From Rebecca billardiae RCC1528 (Eukaryota > Protista > Haptophyta): a DNA stretch of 64,000 bases. The stretch is from positions 310,001 through 374,000 of the forward strand of contig OZ251224.1 of NCBI GenBank assembly GCA_965240325.2, in the 5' to 3' direction. The notes below the pieces were generated by a model. The model saw only the letters and a program-made list of their open reading frames with translations, made no database searches and was not told the origin of the DNA. A program made the translations under genes and the position numbers. Positions 1 through 10,264 of the stretch are shown here, piece by piece. Within the stretch, counting starts at the first letter, position 1. The number at the start of each line of letters is the position of its first letter.

Positions 1-156
1 TCCGAGAGCATTCCGACCGAGGGAAGCAGGCACACGAAGATTCCAAAATCTTCATTGCCACTTCTACCAACTTTCACTGAACCAAAACTGATCGATCAGC
101 ACGCAACGCAGGGATGCCCCTGCCACATGCTTCCGCCACGCACGAAGTGCCAATCA
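1..156 (+). repeat. 3' part of the 5' LTR
   Basis: Identical to 6571-6726 by eye; ends ...CAATCA. Confidence 0.95.
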
Positions 157-163
157 TGAGCTC

Positions 164-3100
164 ATGGGGGCTTCACGGCGGACAACGTGGGAACACACCG
201 TGCGGACGCGCGCGGTTTCACCCGAACTCGAAGGTCGACATCCGCGAGGATTAGTGACCAACGGCACCACCAGACCGGCGGCGCGGCAGCCAAAGCGCGC
301 GTCACGCGACCGACCGGAACGCAACCACTCTCGACCTTCGCAGCAGCCGCGAGGCGAGAGGACGCGTACTTCGAACGAGCAGCTGCGCTCGTTCAAGAAC
401 CTCGACTACCGCTTCGGATATCCCCCGCGGAGCGAGCAAGACCACAACCTCAGCGGCCACGACGGCAAAGCCGAGCGACAACGCGTACTACAGGTCAAGC
501 GCCGCAAGTGGCGCTTCAAGGTCAACAAGGACTCCAACCACGCACCCGACGACGGGGCGTGGAGAGCGGAGCGCACAGGGCCACCCAGCGCCGCGTCTGC
601 GCTGCGGGACCCGCTCCAGCAGCGGGGTCACAACCACCAAACCTCGCAACGCGAGGCCAAACGCGGCGCGCGCACGCGCACCGCGCACGCGCAAAGTATC
701 CCCACGCTGATTCCCAGCGCGCGTCAGACACAGGGACGACAGTCGGCGACCGACTCGATCCCATATGTCCCCTCCTTCACGCTCCAGTTTCTCCCTTCCG
801 TCTATGCGAGCGGCTGGGACTCTACGCCCGCCAACAAGGGCGCGGCGACAACGCCTAACCAGTGGAGTGAGATTGATGACGATGATCCAGCGTCGTGCCA
901 GCCATGCGACAATCAGTCGTGCACATCGAGGCATTGCCTTCTTGAGTGCAACATCTGTGGGATGGGCAGAGTCTGCAGCTACCGATGCGCAGACGCCATC
1001 CAAGTTCAGCATCAGCTCGAATGTGAGCAGATCATCCAGTTTGCAGCGATGAACGACGGGATTGACATCGATGATGATGGCATTCACGTCCACCAGCAGG
1101 ACGGACCCGTCGCAGCGGCTGATCGCCGCAGCCTGAGCGTCGTGAATGACGCAGGCGCCAGCCTCGATGATATTTGCCCTCGGCGGCCATCGGGAGGCTT
1201 CATCGCAGCAGCCGCAGAGCGGCAAGGTCACAACTACACAGTTGGAGACTATGTGCGGGAAAGGGACGAGCTTCACCAAAGCAAGTTTGATCTCATGTTC
1301 CATTGTAACGACGCACTCCTACAGCCATATGTCGCATGCTTACTGCACGACGAGTTCTATGGGCTGACTTCTGAAGCAGGCGAGGGACACTCGCCAGCTG
1401 ACGACGGTCCACCTGGACATGGCACAAACTACCCGCCTGCCGCGACTGGCGCCGACAACAGCGCACAGCAGAGCAGCGATGGGGACGAGTCCTCTACGTC
1501 GGACATTGACAGCTATACCACAGCAGAGGACCACATTGAGACAAGCTCGCCCCACGCGTCACCGCGAACGCGCAGAAATGGAAGCGAAGCTTGCACCTAC
1601 TTGCCCGACGCACATGCAATGATGGCTGTGCAGACAAGCCAGCCCGGCGTCGGAAGCTACAAGCTGAATTTCTTCACAATCAAATCGAAAATGGCTATCC
1701 ACGGAGCGATCAAGGACGCAGTCACCGAGGTCAAGGCTTCCTACAAGGGAAGAGCGACCGACACTACGTCGTCCATGGTCACCCTCGTCGAGGCCAGGCT
1801 CTCCGGATACGCGCTGGCCGAGGCAGCCGTGTGGACAGCCGAAAATGCTATTCGGGAACCTTACGCAACCGCATTCGCAAACATGGACGCGGACACCACC
1901 ATCATGCAGATGACGATCGTCTACGAGCGATCGGTGGAAGTACTTTTCAAGCGTATCAAGGACATGATGCTGCCAAGTCTCTTTTCGTACCTCGAGTCGA
2001 AACGGCACATCGTGAACCCGAATGAGAATTTCCTGAATTTACATACTCTGCTCGAAATCTTCGAGCACGAGCTGAACGTATCGACCATGTCGGAGCTCCG
2101 AGCTGAGTTCAAGAAGCTCTACCCGGACCGACCGACCCCGGTGAGCGGCCCTGAGATGATCAAGCAAACGGTGGAGATGGTACGCGCATCACGCTATCGA
2201 GAGCTAGACGACGCCACACTCCTCGTGTTCAAGCTGTACAACGGGATGCACGAGCACCCAGAGGTCTACTCGACCGTCATCTCTATTTACGGTTCAATGT
2301 CGCCCCAGCAATGCGTGGCGCAGACCGAACAGCTCACCGCCCAGATCGAGGACGCATACAGGCGTTGGACTCAGTCGCCCAAGGGACGACAGGCAACGCA
2401 ACGTGACCCCAAGCGGGGCGGTCCCGCGCACGCTCTCAATACTGAGGAGGCGGACCGCCGACAACCAGCCGTCACGTGCTCGCACTGCGGGCTACGCAAT
2501 CACACCGCAGAGCGGTGCTGGAAGCTACATCCAGACTTGCGGCCACCCAGGCCGCCCGGTGCACCAAAACAGGGCAACTTCAAGCCGCCCGCCGAGCCCG
2601 GCTGGTATGACGGCAAGTTCATCAAGGTACCTCCGCCCCCCCAGCGGGCGGGGAGGCCGGGAGCCCAGATGGTGCAATACGAGGACATCGACCCGGAACC
2701 CGATGACGCAGATCTCGAGCCGACGCAATACGCGTATCTGGACTCGGGGGCATCCCAATCATTTGTCGATATCAACCTCGGCCTGCTACACAATGCTCAC
2801 CCGATCAGCATGTCTGTCAAGGTCGCCAAGCGCGACATTGAGCTACACGCATCCAAGGCAGGCGACATGTACGTGTACTTACTCGACGCCGACTCAGACA
2901 CAACCGTGCCGGTTTGCCTGGAAAACGTCGTCGGTGTCGAAGATCTCGATACTACTCTCTTTTCAGTCAACGCGTTCGCCGCGGTCGGAATGGCTGTGGT
3001 GTTCGACGAACGATCATACATCCGCATCGGCCCCAAGAGGGTTCATTTGCGCCCCGACAACACGGTCGGATTCAAGGCAGTCGTACCCAAGGCCGAGACA

Positions 3101-6100
3101 GCCATGCCGGCCACCGCGGACGACGTGCCACCAGACGTCGACCCGATCAAGAACGGGCGAAAGATCACGCTCTGGCAATCCAGACTAGGATACGCCGATA
3201 TCAAGCGTGTACGCGCAACCTACCGCGCGAACGACAAGATGTCGGAGGCATCGCCCTGCACGTACCAGCCCTCCGACGTTGCCAAGTTCAAAGCTAAGCC
3301 GTTCCCGGGCACACGTGAGAGAACAACTCGACCGCTCGAGATGCTCCACAACGATGTCATCGGGCCCATCAACTGGCTGCCCGCAAAGACTCCAAGGTGG
3401 GGAACTCTATTCATCGATGATTTTTCCGGATACATGCGCTTCTACGACATGCAAAACAAGGCTGAAGCGCCGGAGAAGGTCGACCTCATGGCCAGAGAGA
3501 TGGGAGCCAACTCTCTATCCGCCACCATGCAGAACAAGGGCATCGCCGGATGCACCATTCACCTCGACGGAGGCAGAGAGTTACACTCAAAGAATTGGAA
3601 CCGAGTCCTTCGCAGGTACGACATGCTATGCAACTACATGTCGCCCCCCCACACGCAGCAGCTGAACGGCGTCGCCGAACGTGGCCTGGGAGTCATCATG
3701 AATGACGCCAGGACAATGCTGTACCTCTCAGGCGTACACCACAAATGGTGGTACTGGGCAGCCAAGTGCGCTGCCGCGCAACGCAACCTGATGCGCAAGC
3801 ATCCTACCAGCGATGGCGAGCTGGTTTCACCGCACGAGTTGATGTTTGGCACCTCGCCCGGGCCCTTCTTGCAAAAGCTGAGAGTCTGGGGCTCGCCGTG
3901 CATCTACCTCGTACAGTCGATCAACAAGCAGAACAAGCTACTCCCGCGCGCACGGGAGGGCATTTTATTGGGATACGGATTCGACGGTATCTTCGAGCGA
4001 GGCGCCATCAAGCGATCGCACGGATACATCGTTTTGAGTGCCGACGACGGGAAAATCGTCATCACTCGGCACGTCAAGTTCAACGAGCAAGTCATTTTGG
4101 ATCGAATCTCTACGCATTTCAAGGAGATCCGCGAAATTCGGGACCCCCTGCTGGCGTGGAGCGCTCGGCGACCTCCTCAAGGTGCAGATGCTGGTAAGAC
4201 CCGTGACAGCAACACCAACGAGGAGGGCGACGAAGAGTTTGCCAGCAGCAGCAGCAACGCCGAAAGCGACTCCGAGCGCGGAGGAGACGATCCGCCATCG
4301 CCGGACGAGGAATCAGACGACGATGACAAGGACGACAGGGACAAACCCGACGACGACGAGAAGGGAGATGATGGCAACGGCGACGACGGTGATGGAGACG
4401 GCCCCGGAGCTGGAGGCGGACCATCGCAGAGCAATACGCCACCGCAGCCAAAGCAGCCTCCTCCCTCCGCCGATCGCCGCCCACAGCGGACTCGCAACAT
4501 GACTGGCAAGTCATACTTCCCGCCGACGCGGCGCGCGCGCGCGCGCGCGCAGCTCGCGCAGCTCGCATCAGATATCCCGATACCTACATCGTTCAAGGAA
4601 GCGATGGAGAGCAAGCAAGCATCCGATTGGACAAGGGCTATCATGGAAGAATACGAGGCCCACGACAGGCTGGGCACATTCACGCCCGTCGTTGTTCCCA
4701 AAGGGAAAGCAATTATTCCATCGAAGCTGGTCTTCAAGGTCAAAGCCAATCCAGATGGTACCATCGAACGGTACAAGGCAAGATTGGTGGGTCAAGGCTT
4801 CCGCCAGATTCAAGGAGTCAATTACGACGAGGTGTTCTCGCCTACTATCCGGTACGAGAACGTACGCCTCCTATTGGCACTGACGACGGAGCTACGAACA
4901 CCAGAAAGACCTTGGATCATCCACTCCGCGGACGTGAGTACGGCGTACCTCCAAGCCCCTTTGGAGGACGGCCTGTCAAAGATCTACACTACGCTACCCC
5001 CGATGTACCCGTGTACTCTCAAGCCACCCGAGGGGCATGTGGTCGCGGCCGACTGGGATATGGCCCTTCCAGGATTTAAGCAGAGCGGCCGACGATGGCA
5101 CCTCCGCCTCAGCCAGAAACTGCGAGAGAAAGGATTCAAGAAACTCGCACAGTCGGAGTGCATCTTCGTCCGCATCTCCGGAGACATCATCGACGTCATC
5201 GCAGTGTACGTGGACGATCTGCTTATTCTGAGCAGCTCCCCCGACAGCGCAAGGCCCAGCTCGATTATTGAGGAAATTCGAAAAGAATTTACCCTCTGGG
5301 ATTTGGGACCAGCAACGACGTTCCTGGGCATGAATATCACCCAGGGGCCCAAGTCGACGACTATCTCCATGTCACAGTACATCACCGATCTCCTCAAGAG
5401 GCACGACATGAGCGACATTACGCCCGTCGACAACCCATGTAGATCGGCAGCAGAGCAACCGACATCAATCGAGACAGACGATTCATCATCGTGCTCGTCG
5501 GAGGAATCAAAGACCTACCGAGCAATCGTCGGAGCGCTACTATTCATCATGAACACCTGCCGACCCGACATCAACTACGTAGTCAATATGTTGGCAAGGC
5601 ACATGGCGAGCCCAAGCTCGAACGACCTTAAAGGTGCCAAGCGAGTGCTCAGGTACTTGGCCGGGACAAAGAATTCCGGCATCACTTTCACATCAACGGC
5701 TACTACTCAGCCACGAACTGAGATGTTTGTGGACTCGGACTGGGCCAACGATACGAAAGATCGCCGCTCGACCGGGAGCTATATCTACTTCCACGCAGGC
5801 GGCCCAGTATCGTGGCGCACCTTCAAGCAGTCAATCACAACCCTCTCATCATGTGAGGCCGAATATGTCGCTCTCGCGGAAGGAGCCAAAGAGGCAGTTT
5901 ACCTACGCGACGTCATCAGCGATATCCTCAACATTCCAAAGACTCCCATTGTGATCCACGAGGACAACAAGGGGGCGATTGATCTCTCAAAGAACAGCAT
6001 TCATCATAAGCGCACCAAGCACATCGACGTACGACACCATTTTATTCGAGATTGTGTCGACCTCGGTGCAGTCAACATCACCAAGGTGCACACATCGGAA

Positions 6101-6190
6101 AACATCGCCGATTATTGTCTGACCAAGGCGCTACCCAAGGACAAGTTCACCCAATTTCGAGACATCATGGTTACACCAGTTTCGAATTGA
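164..6190 (+). CDS. Copia Gag-Pol polyprotein (MYND-like finger, CCHC knuckle, aspartic protease, DDE integrase, RT, RNase H)
   Basis: CSHCGLRNHTAERC; YLDSGAS; LHNDVIGP / IHLDGGRE / NGVAER; YKARLVGQGFRQ; VYVDDLL; FVDSDWA...SSCEAEY...EDNKGAI...KHIDVRHHFIRD. The true start codon is uncertain. Confidence 0.96.
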   Translation: MGASRRTTWEHTVRTRAVSPELEGRHPRGLVTNGTTRPAARQPKRASRDRPERNHSRPSQQPRGERTRTSNEQLRSFKNLDYRFGYPPRSEQDHNLSGHDGKAERQRVLQVKRRKWRFKVNKDSNHAPDDGAWRAERTGPPSAASALRDPLQQRGHNHQTSQREAKRGARTRTAHAQSIPTLIPSARQTQGRQSATDSIPYVPSFTLQFLPSVYASGWDSTPANKGAATTPNQWSEIDDDDPASCQPCDNQSCTSRHCLLECNICGMGRVCSYRCADAIQVQHQLECEQIIQFAAMNDGIDIDDDGIHVHQQDGPVAAADRRSLSVVNDAGASLDDICPRRPSGGFIAAAAERQGHNYTVGDYVRERDELHQSKFDLMFHCNDALLQPYVACLLHDEFYGLTSEAGEGHSPADDGPPGHGTNYPPAATGADNSAQQSSDGDESSTSDIDSYTTAEDHIETSSPHASPRTRRNGSEACTYLPDAHAMMAVQTSQPGVGSYKLNFFTIKSKMAIHGAIKDAVTEVKASYKGRATDTTSSMVTLVEARLSGYALAEAAVWTAENAIREPYATAFANMDADTTIMQMTIVYERSVEVLFKRIKDMMLPSLFSYLESKRHIVNPNENFLNLHTLLEIFEHELNVSTMSELRAEFKKLYPDRPTPVSGPEMIKQTVEMVRASRYRELDDATLLVFKLYNGMHEHPEVYSTVISIYGSMSPQQCVAQTEQLTAQIEDAYRRWTQSPKGRQATQRDPKRGGPAHALNTEEADRRQPAVTCSHCGLRNHTAERCWKLHPDLRPPRPPGAPKQGNFKPPAEPGWYDGKFIKVPPPPQRAGRPGAQMVQYEDIDPEPDDADLEPTQYAYLDSGASQSFVDINLGLLHNAHPISMSVKVAKRDIELHASKAGDMYVYLLDADSDTTVPVCLENVVGVEDLDTTLFSVNAFAAVGMAVVFDERSYIRIGPKRVHLRPDNTVGFKAVVPKAETAMPATADDVPPDVDPIKNGRKITLWQSRLGYADIKRVRATYRANDKMSEASPCTYQPSDVAKFKAKPFPGTRERTTRPLEMLHNDVIGPINWLPAKTPRWGTLFIDDFSGYMRFYDMQNKAEAPEKVDLMAREMGANSLSATMQNKGIAGCTIHLDGGRELHSKNWNRVLRRYDMLCNYMSPPHTQQLNGVAERGLGVIMNDARTMLYLSGVHHKWWYWAAKCAAAQRNLMRKHPTSDGELVSPHELMFGTSPGPFLQKLRVWGSPCIYLVQSINKQNKLLPRAREGILLGYGFDGIFERGAIKRSHGYIVLSADDGKIVITRHVKFNEQVILDRISTHFKEIREIRDPLLAWSARRPPQGADAGKTRDSNTNEEGDEEFASSSSNAESDSERGGDDPPSPDEESDDDDKDDRDKPDDDEKGDDGNGDDGDGDGPGAGGGPSQSNTPPQPKQPPPSADRRPQRTRNMTGKSYFPPTRRARARAQLAQLASDIPIPTSFKEAMESKQASDWTRAIMEEYEAHDRLGTFTPVVVPKGKAIIPSKLVFKVKANPDGTIERYKARLVGQGFRQIQGVNYDEVFSPTIRYENVRLLLALTTELRTPERPWIIHSADVSTAYLQAPLEDGLSKIYTTLPPMYPCTLKPPEGHVVAADWDMALPGFKQSGRRWHLRLSQKLREKGFKKLAQSECIFVRISGDIIDVIAVYVDDLLILSSSPDSARPSSIIEEIRKEFTLWDLGPATTFLGMNITQGPKSTTISMSQYITDLLKRHDMSDITPVDNPCRSAAEQPTSIETDDSSSCSSEESKTYRAIVGALLFIMNTCRPDINYVVNMLARHMASPSSNDLKGAKRVLRYLAGTKNSGITFTSTATTQPRTEMFVDSDWANDTKDRRSTGSYIYFHAGGPVSWRTFKQSITTLSSCEAEYVALAEGAKEAVYLRDVISDILNIPKTPIVIHEDNKGAIDLSKNSIHHKRTKHIDVRHHFIRDCVDLGAVNITKVHTSENIADYCLTKALPKDKFTQFRDIMVTPVSN

Positions 6191-6197
6191 GGGGGCG
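6189..6197 (+). other. Polypurine tract
   Basis: GAGGGGGCG immediately before the TGTCAAAG LTR start. Confidence 0.75.
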
Positions 6198-6726
6198 TGT
6201 CAAAGTCCAAGGCAGCCATCGGCGCCATTCCCCAGCTCGAGACTTTAATTCCAAGGCGCTGAGCAATTTCAGCCGCCAAGCTGCAGACTTTCATCATGCA
6301 ATTCAATCGGTTTCACCATTCAAGAGCAAGGCCAACAGCAGCCATTGTTCATGCAATTTACTATACTCCAAAGATAAGGAGTATCGGCACACACATGAGG
6401 TCTTCGGACTACACATCCAAGGGTCCAGGGATTCTTCACCACTTGGGAAGGTGCCCTGAACTGGACCAGAGACTACCATGCAGTCATCAGAACTTTCTTT
6501 TCATTTCGAGGAGACGTCCCGATCATCACAGGAAGCTTTCGTGCAATGGCCCGAAGGCAATCAACGGAATTCCGAGAGCATTCCGACCGAGGGAAGCAGG
6601 CACACGAAGATTCCAAAATCTTCATTGCCACTTCTACCAACTTTCACTGAACCAAAACTGATCGATCAGCACGCAACGCAGGGATGCCCCTGCCACATGC
6701 TTCCGCCACGCACGAAGTGCCAATCA
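6198..6726 (+). repeat. 3' LTR (529 bp, TG...CA)
   Basis: Starts TGT after the PPT; similarity to 1-156 ends at CA 6726. Confidence 0.92.
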
Positions 6727-6772
6727 CTGAGTAATAATATATATTATTATTATAAATATTATAATACGACGA

Positions 6773-7352
6773 CAGGCGTCGGCGATCGCGGGCAATAAGG
6801 TAAAGGAGCTGTCACATTAATATATAACGGAAACTGGGGCTTGCTATCTGGCTCTGCGGATCTGGCCTAAAAACTGAGACTATAGCGATTGGCTGGTTCG
6901 CCGTATACGACGCATAGTCACACTAAGAAACCGGGCCACTACGTCGCCCGCGGCCGATGACTATGAGTGGTCCGCCGAGGCAGCCCCGCGAGGCGCAGTG
7001 TGAGTGCCCGTGGGACGCGGCGTGCGGCCCGACTACGACGGTACAGGCCAAGTCCCGACTGAGTCTCCTGATGACTGACTCCTGGCCAGTGCACCGCAGC
7101 ATCCATGCAACATCAATCATCATGCCAGATTTGCTCCAAAATGGCCCAACATTTTCTTCGGCCTCGCCGGCCGGGCCTAAAGACTCAGCGGGGGGCTCTG
7201 CCCCCCTGCTCCCCCCGCCGGGGCCCCCGCGCCTGCGCGGCGGGCGGACCTAGCTAAGAAACTGAGACTCCGTAGGCGCTCGGGCTACCGAACGGCTAAG
7301 AAACCGAGACTAGCCGTGAGATCTCTGACTTCTTATTGCCCGCGATTGCCTG
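6773..7352. mobile_element. MITE with ~20-bp TIR (CAGGC...ATCGCGGGCAATAAG), hAT-like
   Basis: GGCGATCGCGGGCAATAAG (6781-6799) vs CTTATTGCCCGCGATTGCCTG (7332-7352); repeated CTAAGAAAC(T/C)GAGAC-like motifs near both ends; TSD not clean. Confidence 0.65.
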
Positions 7353-8104
7353 TATGACCGACTTGCCTGCGCCGATCACTAGCTACTGGTTCATCGCAGT
7401 AATAACCTGCGCGCTCCTCGGCCGGCCCGCTCAGCCTGCCGCTGATGCGACTGATAGTGATGATTCCGACTCGTAACGTCCGAAGCCACTAGCCAGAGCC
7501 TGGCGTGAGGCGCCGGTGAGCGGGCGAGCGCAGTTCCGGAACGGACCGTCCACGCGCGAGTCTGCACCGCGTGGCGATGCCAGCACAGTCGGACCGTGTA
7601 ATCGGACGACGATCGCCACGATCGGCATCATCATCAGTGCTGCTAAGTCGTGGCACCAGCCTGGTCATTGTCGACACGGACTGACTCACTAGTAGTACTC
7701 TAGTAGGGCACTGAGTCAGTAACACTCGGTGGGCCCAGACTGCTGAATGGACTGATGATTAACGATGATGATCAGTAAGTCCGAATCATCATATATATCT
7801 ACGACTACTGACTTTTATTCCGGAATAACTAGTCGTAGCGGTAGACCTTACGGACCGAACTTGATAGTATTGACTGCTCGGACCTGGGGTGTGTCGTGTG
7901 ACGCCAGTGTGACTCAGTGAGCTTAGCTGTGACGTGTGAGCTTGACGCGCTGCGTCCGCGAACGTACCGCGGGTCCGGATGGATTCCAAAGGGCGGCGGG
8001 TCGTCCAGATCATCAATGCCATGAATCATCATACGCAGCACTCGGGTTCCAACTCCAAGCTTGCAACGCTCCGGGCCTGGCATCGAGCCAGCACCTGATT
8101 ATAA

Positions 8105-10264
8105 TCAGTGCGCATCGACCTCGACGGAGGCCGCCGAGTGCGGGCGTGCCGCGCGCTCCACCGGGGCTGCTGCCGCACCCTCGCCGTCCGAGGACGAGGT
8201 GCCGCTGGTGATGCTATTGCGCCGTCTGCCGCCACTCGCCTTGGCGAGCCTGCTCTTCGCCCTGCCTGCCCGCGGGCTGCCGGGCGGCGATGATGGCGGG
8301 GTGACCAAGTGGCCGCCCCGACCGGTCGGCGGCGGCGGGCCGTAGCGCGGGCTCAGCTTTGGCGGCGTGACAGACGGCGGCGTGAGAGACTGCGGCGTGC
8401 CGTCGGGCGTGGAGTGGGTGGCGCCCTTCTGCAGCGCAATCTTGAGCTGCAGCCGCGCCTTCACGTCGCGGCGCGTCTCCAGCCAGTGGTGCACCTCGGG
8501 CACGCTCAGGCCGACCGCGTCTGCGAGCGCGCAGATCTCGTCCGGTCTCGGGTTTGGGTTGCGCGCGAAGGCCATGGCGAGCATCAGCTGCTTGTTGTGC
8601 GGCGTGGCGGCTGCCTTGCCTCCCGCGCTGCTGCCGCCGGCCGCTGCCGCGCTCGGCGGCAGGTGCGTGAGCACCTGCACGCACGCGCCCGCCGGCGCCG
8701 CCGCGTGCGTCATCACCGCCAACGGCTGCGACGGCGCGACCGGCTGCAGCGCCTGGCCGAGGGCGGGCGGCGCGGGCTGCGCGCAGAGCACGTGCGCAGG
8801 CAACGGCTGCGGGACCGGCCGGCCGTACGCCTGCTGCGGCGGCGGGATGCGCGGCGGCTGGAGGAAGCGGGCGGAGGTCTGCGCAGGCGGTTGCGGTTGC
8901 GCACGCGCCGATGCCGGCGCCGCCGGCGCCTGCTGCGCCACGGCAACGCCCTGGACGAGAGTCACGGGCGCCACCGACGACTGCAGCGGCGCGGAGCTGG
9001 AGACCGAGCCGAGCGGTGCGCGCGATGCGCCGTGCACAGCCGCGCCGGGCTGCAGCCGCTGCATCGACAGCAGCGGCTCGGACGGCTGCGACCGGTGCGG
9101 CTGAGGCGTCGAGTGCGAACGCCACACCGGCGGCGCGCACTGCCGCGGCGCAAGGGCCGGCGAGCCCGCGTGCGAGGCGGCCGCACTGGTGGGTGGCAGC
9201 CCGGCCGATGTTGGCGCGCTCGGCTGCTGCTGCCACAGCTGCTGCCGCTGCTGCTGCTGCCGCTGCCGCTGCTGCTGCTGCTGCTGCCACGGTGGCGGCT
9301 GCCACTGCTGCGGCGGCTGTGCCTGCGGCGGCATCTGCTGTGCTGCCAGCCGCTGCGGCATCACCTGCCACATAGCGAGGGCCGGGGATCGCGGCTGCTG
9401 CTGCGGCATCATCTCGTGCGATCGCGGCTGCAGTGGACGGAGCGGGGTCGGCTGCTGCTGCGGCTGCTGCGGCTGCTGCGGCAGCATCGACTGCTGCTGC
9501 GGCTGCTGCGGCTGCTGCGGCTGCTGCGACGGCGTCGACTGCTGCTGCGGCTGCTGCGGCTGCTGCGGCTGCTGCGACGGCGACGACTGCTGCTGCGGCT
9601 GCTGCGGCGCCAGCTGCGGCGACGGCTGCGGTGGCGGCGGCGTCGACTGCTGCTGTTGCGGCTGCTGCTGCGAGTGCTGCTGCTGCTGCTGCTGCTGCTG
9701 CCGCCGCTGCTGCTGCTGCTGCTGCTGCGGGTGCGGGTGCGGGTGCGGCTGCTGCAGCCGCAGCTCCTCCGCCTGCTCCCGGTCCAGCTGCGAACGTGTG
9801 GCCAGCCAGGAGTCGACCTCCACACCGGACAGCTTGGCGGCGTCGCACAGGCAATGGCGCATCTCGTCGGTGAACGTGCCGTTCTGCACGTGCTTGAAGG
9901 CCGCCGAGAGGTAAGCGAGCTGCCGGTCGGTCAGATTGCACACGCGCGAGCGCTTTGAGACCGGCGCCGCCGCCAGGACCTCGACGCGGCCTCGCTTGAT
10001 TGGGGGTGGGGGTGCCGCGTCCTGAGCCTTCCGCGAAGGCTTACGGGCTGGCTTGCCCAGCGCCACCTGTTTGGATCTCGACTTGTCCGCGCACACGTCC
10101 GTGTCTGTCGAGGCGAGGCGAGCGTGCGAGCGGTCAGGTGGGAACGACGGAGCGGCTTGCACGCGCTTGCGCTGCGGAGATGACGGCTGCTCGCGGGACG
10201 GCTCGGTGACACCGCAGAGCATGGCGAGGGCTGCTGCGGCAACGGCCGTGTCGGAGTCCGTCAT
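8105..10264 (-). CDS. Putative transcription factor with two divergent homeodomain-like regions separated by a poly-Q/Pro tract
   Basis: RSRVCNLTDRQLAYLSAAF...LSGVEVDSWLATR and LAMAFARNPNPRPDEICALADAVGLSVPEVHHWLETRR; ATG chosen at MTDSD. Confidence 0.7.
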   Translation of the reverse strand: MTDSDTAVAAAALAMLCGVTEPSREQPSSPQRKRVQAAPSFPPDRSHARLASTDTDVCADKSRSKQVALGKPARKPSRKAQDAAPPPPIKRGRVEVLAAAPVSKRSRVCNLTDRQLAYLSAAFKHVQNGTFTDEMRHCLCDAAKLSGVEVDSWLATRSQLDREQAEELRLQQPHPHPHPQQQQQQQRRQQQQQQQQHSQQQPQQQQSTPPPPQPSPQLAPQQPQQQSSPSQQPQQPQQPQQQSTPSQQPQQPQQPQQQSMLPQQPQQPQQQPTPLRPLQPRSHEMMPQQQPRSPALAMWQVMPQRLAAQQMPPQAQPPQQWQPPPWQQQQQQRQRQQQQRQQLWQQQPSAPTSAGLPPTSAAASHAGSPALAPRQCAPPVWRSHSTPQPHRSQPSEPLLSMQRLQPGAAVHGASRAPLGSVSSSAPLQSSVAPVTLVQGVAVAQQAPAAPASARAQPQPPAQTSARFLQPPRIPPPQQAYGRPVPQPLPAHVLCAQPAPPALGQALQPVAPSQPLAVMTHAAAPAGACVQVLTHLPPSAAAAGGSSAGGKAAATPHNKQLMLAMAFARNPNPRPDEICALADAVGLSVPEVHHWLETRRDVKARLQLKIALQKGATHSTPDGTPQSLTPPSVTPPKLSPRYGPPPPTGRGGHLVTPPSSPPGSPRAGRAKSRLAKASGGRRRNSITSGTSSSDGEGAAAAPVERAARPHSAASVEVDAH

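Larger units (their letters stand above)
1..6726 (+). mobile_element. Ty1/copia LTR retrotransposon, apparently intact; 5' LTR cut by the window edge
   Basis: 1-156 is identical to 6571-6726; single 2008-aa ORF in the order CCHC-protease-integrase-RT-RNaseH; PPT, then a TG...CA LTR. Confidence 0.97.

Noticed and set aside
9189-9914. Cys-rich metallothionein/keratin-like ORF and overlapping poly-Ala/Leu ORFs
   Set aside because: Alternative frames of the (CAG)n poly-Q tract on the minus strand
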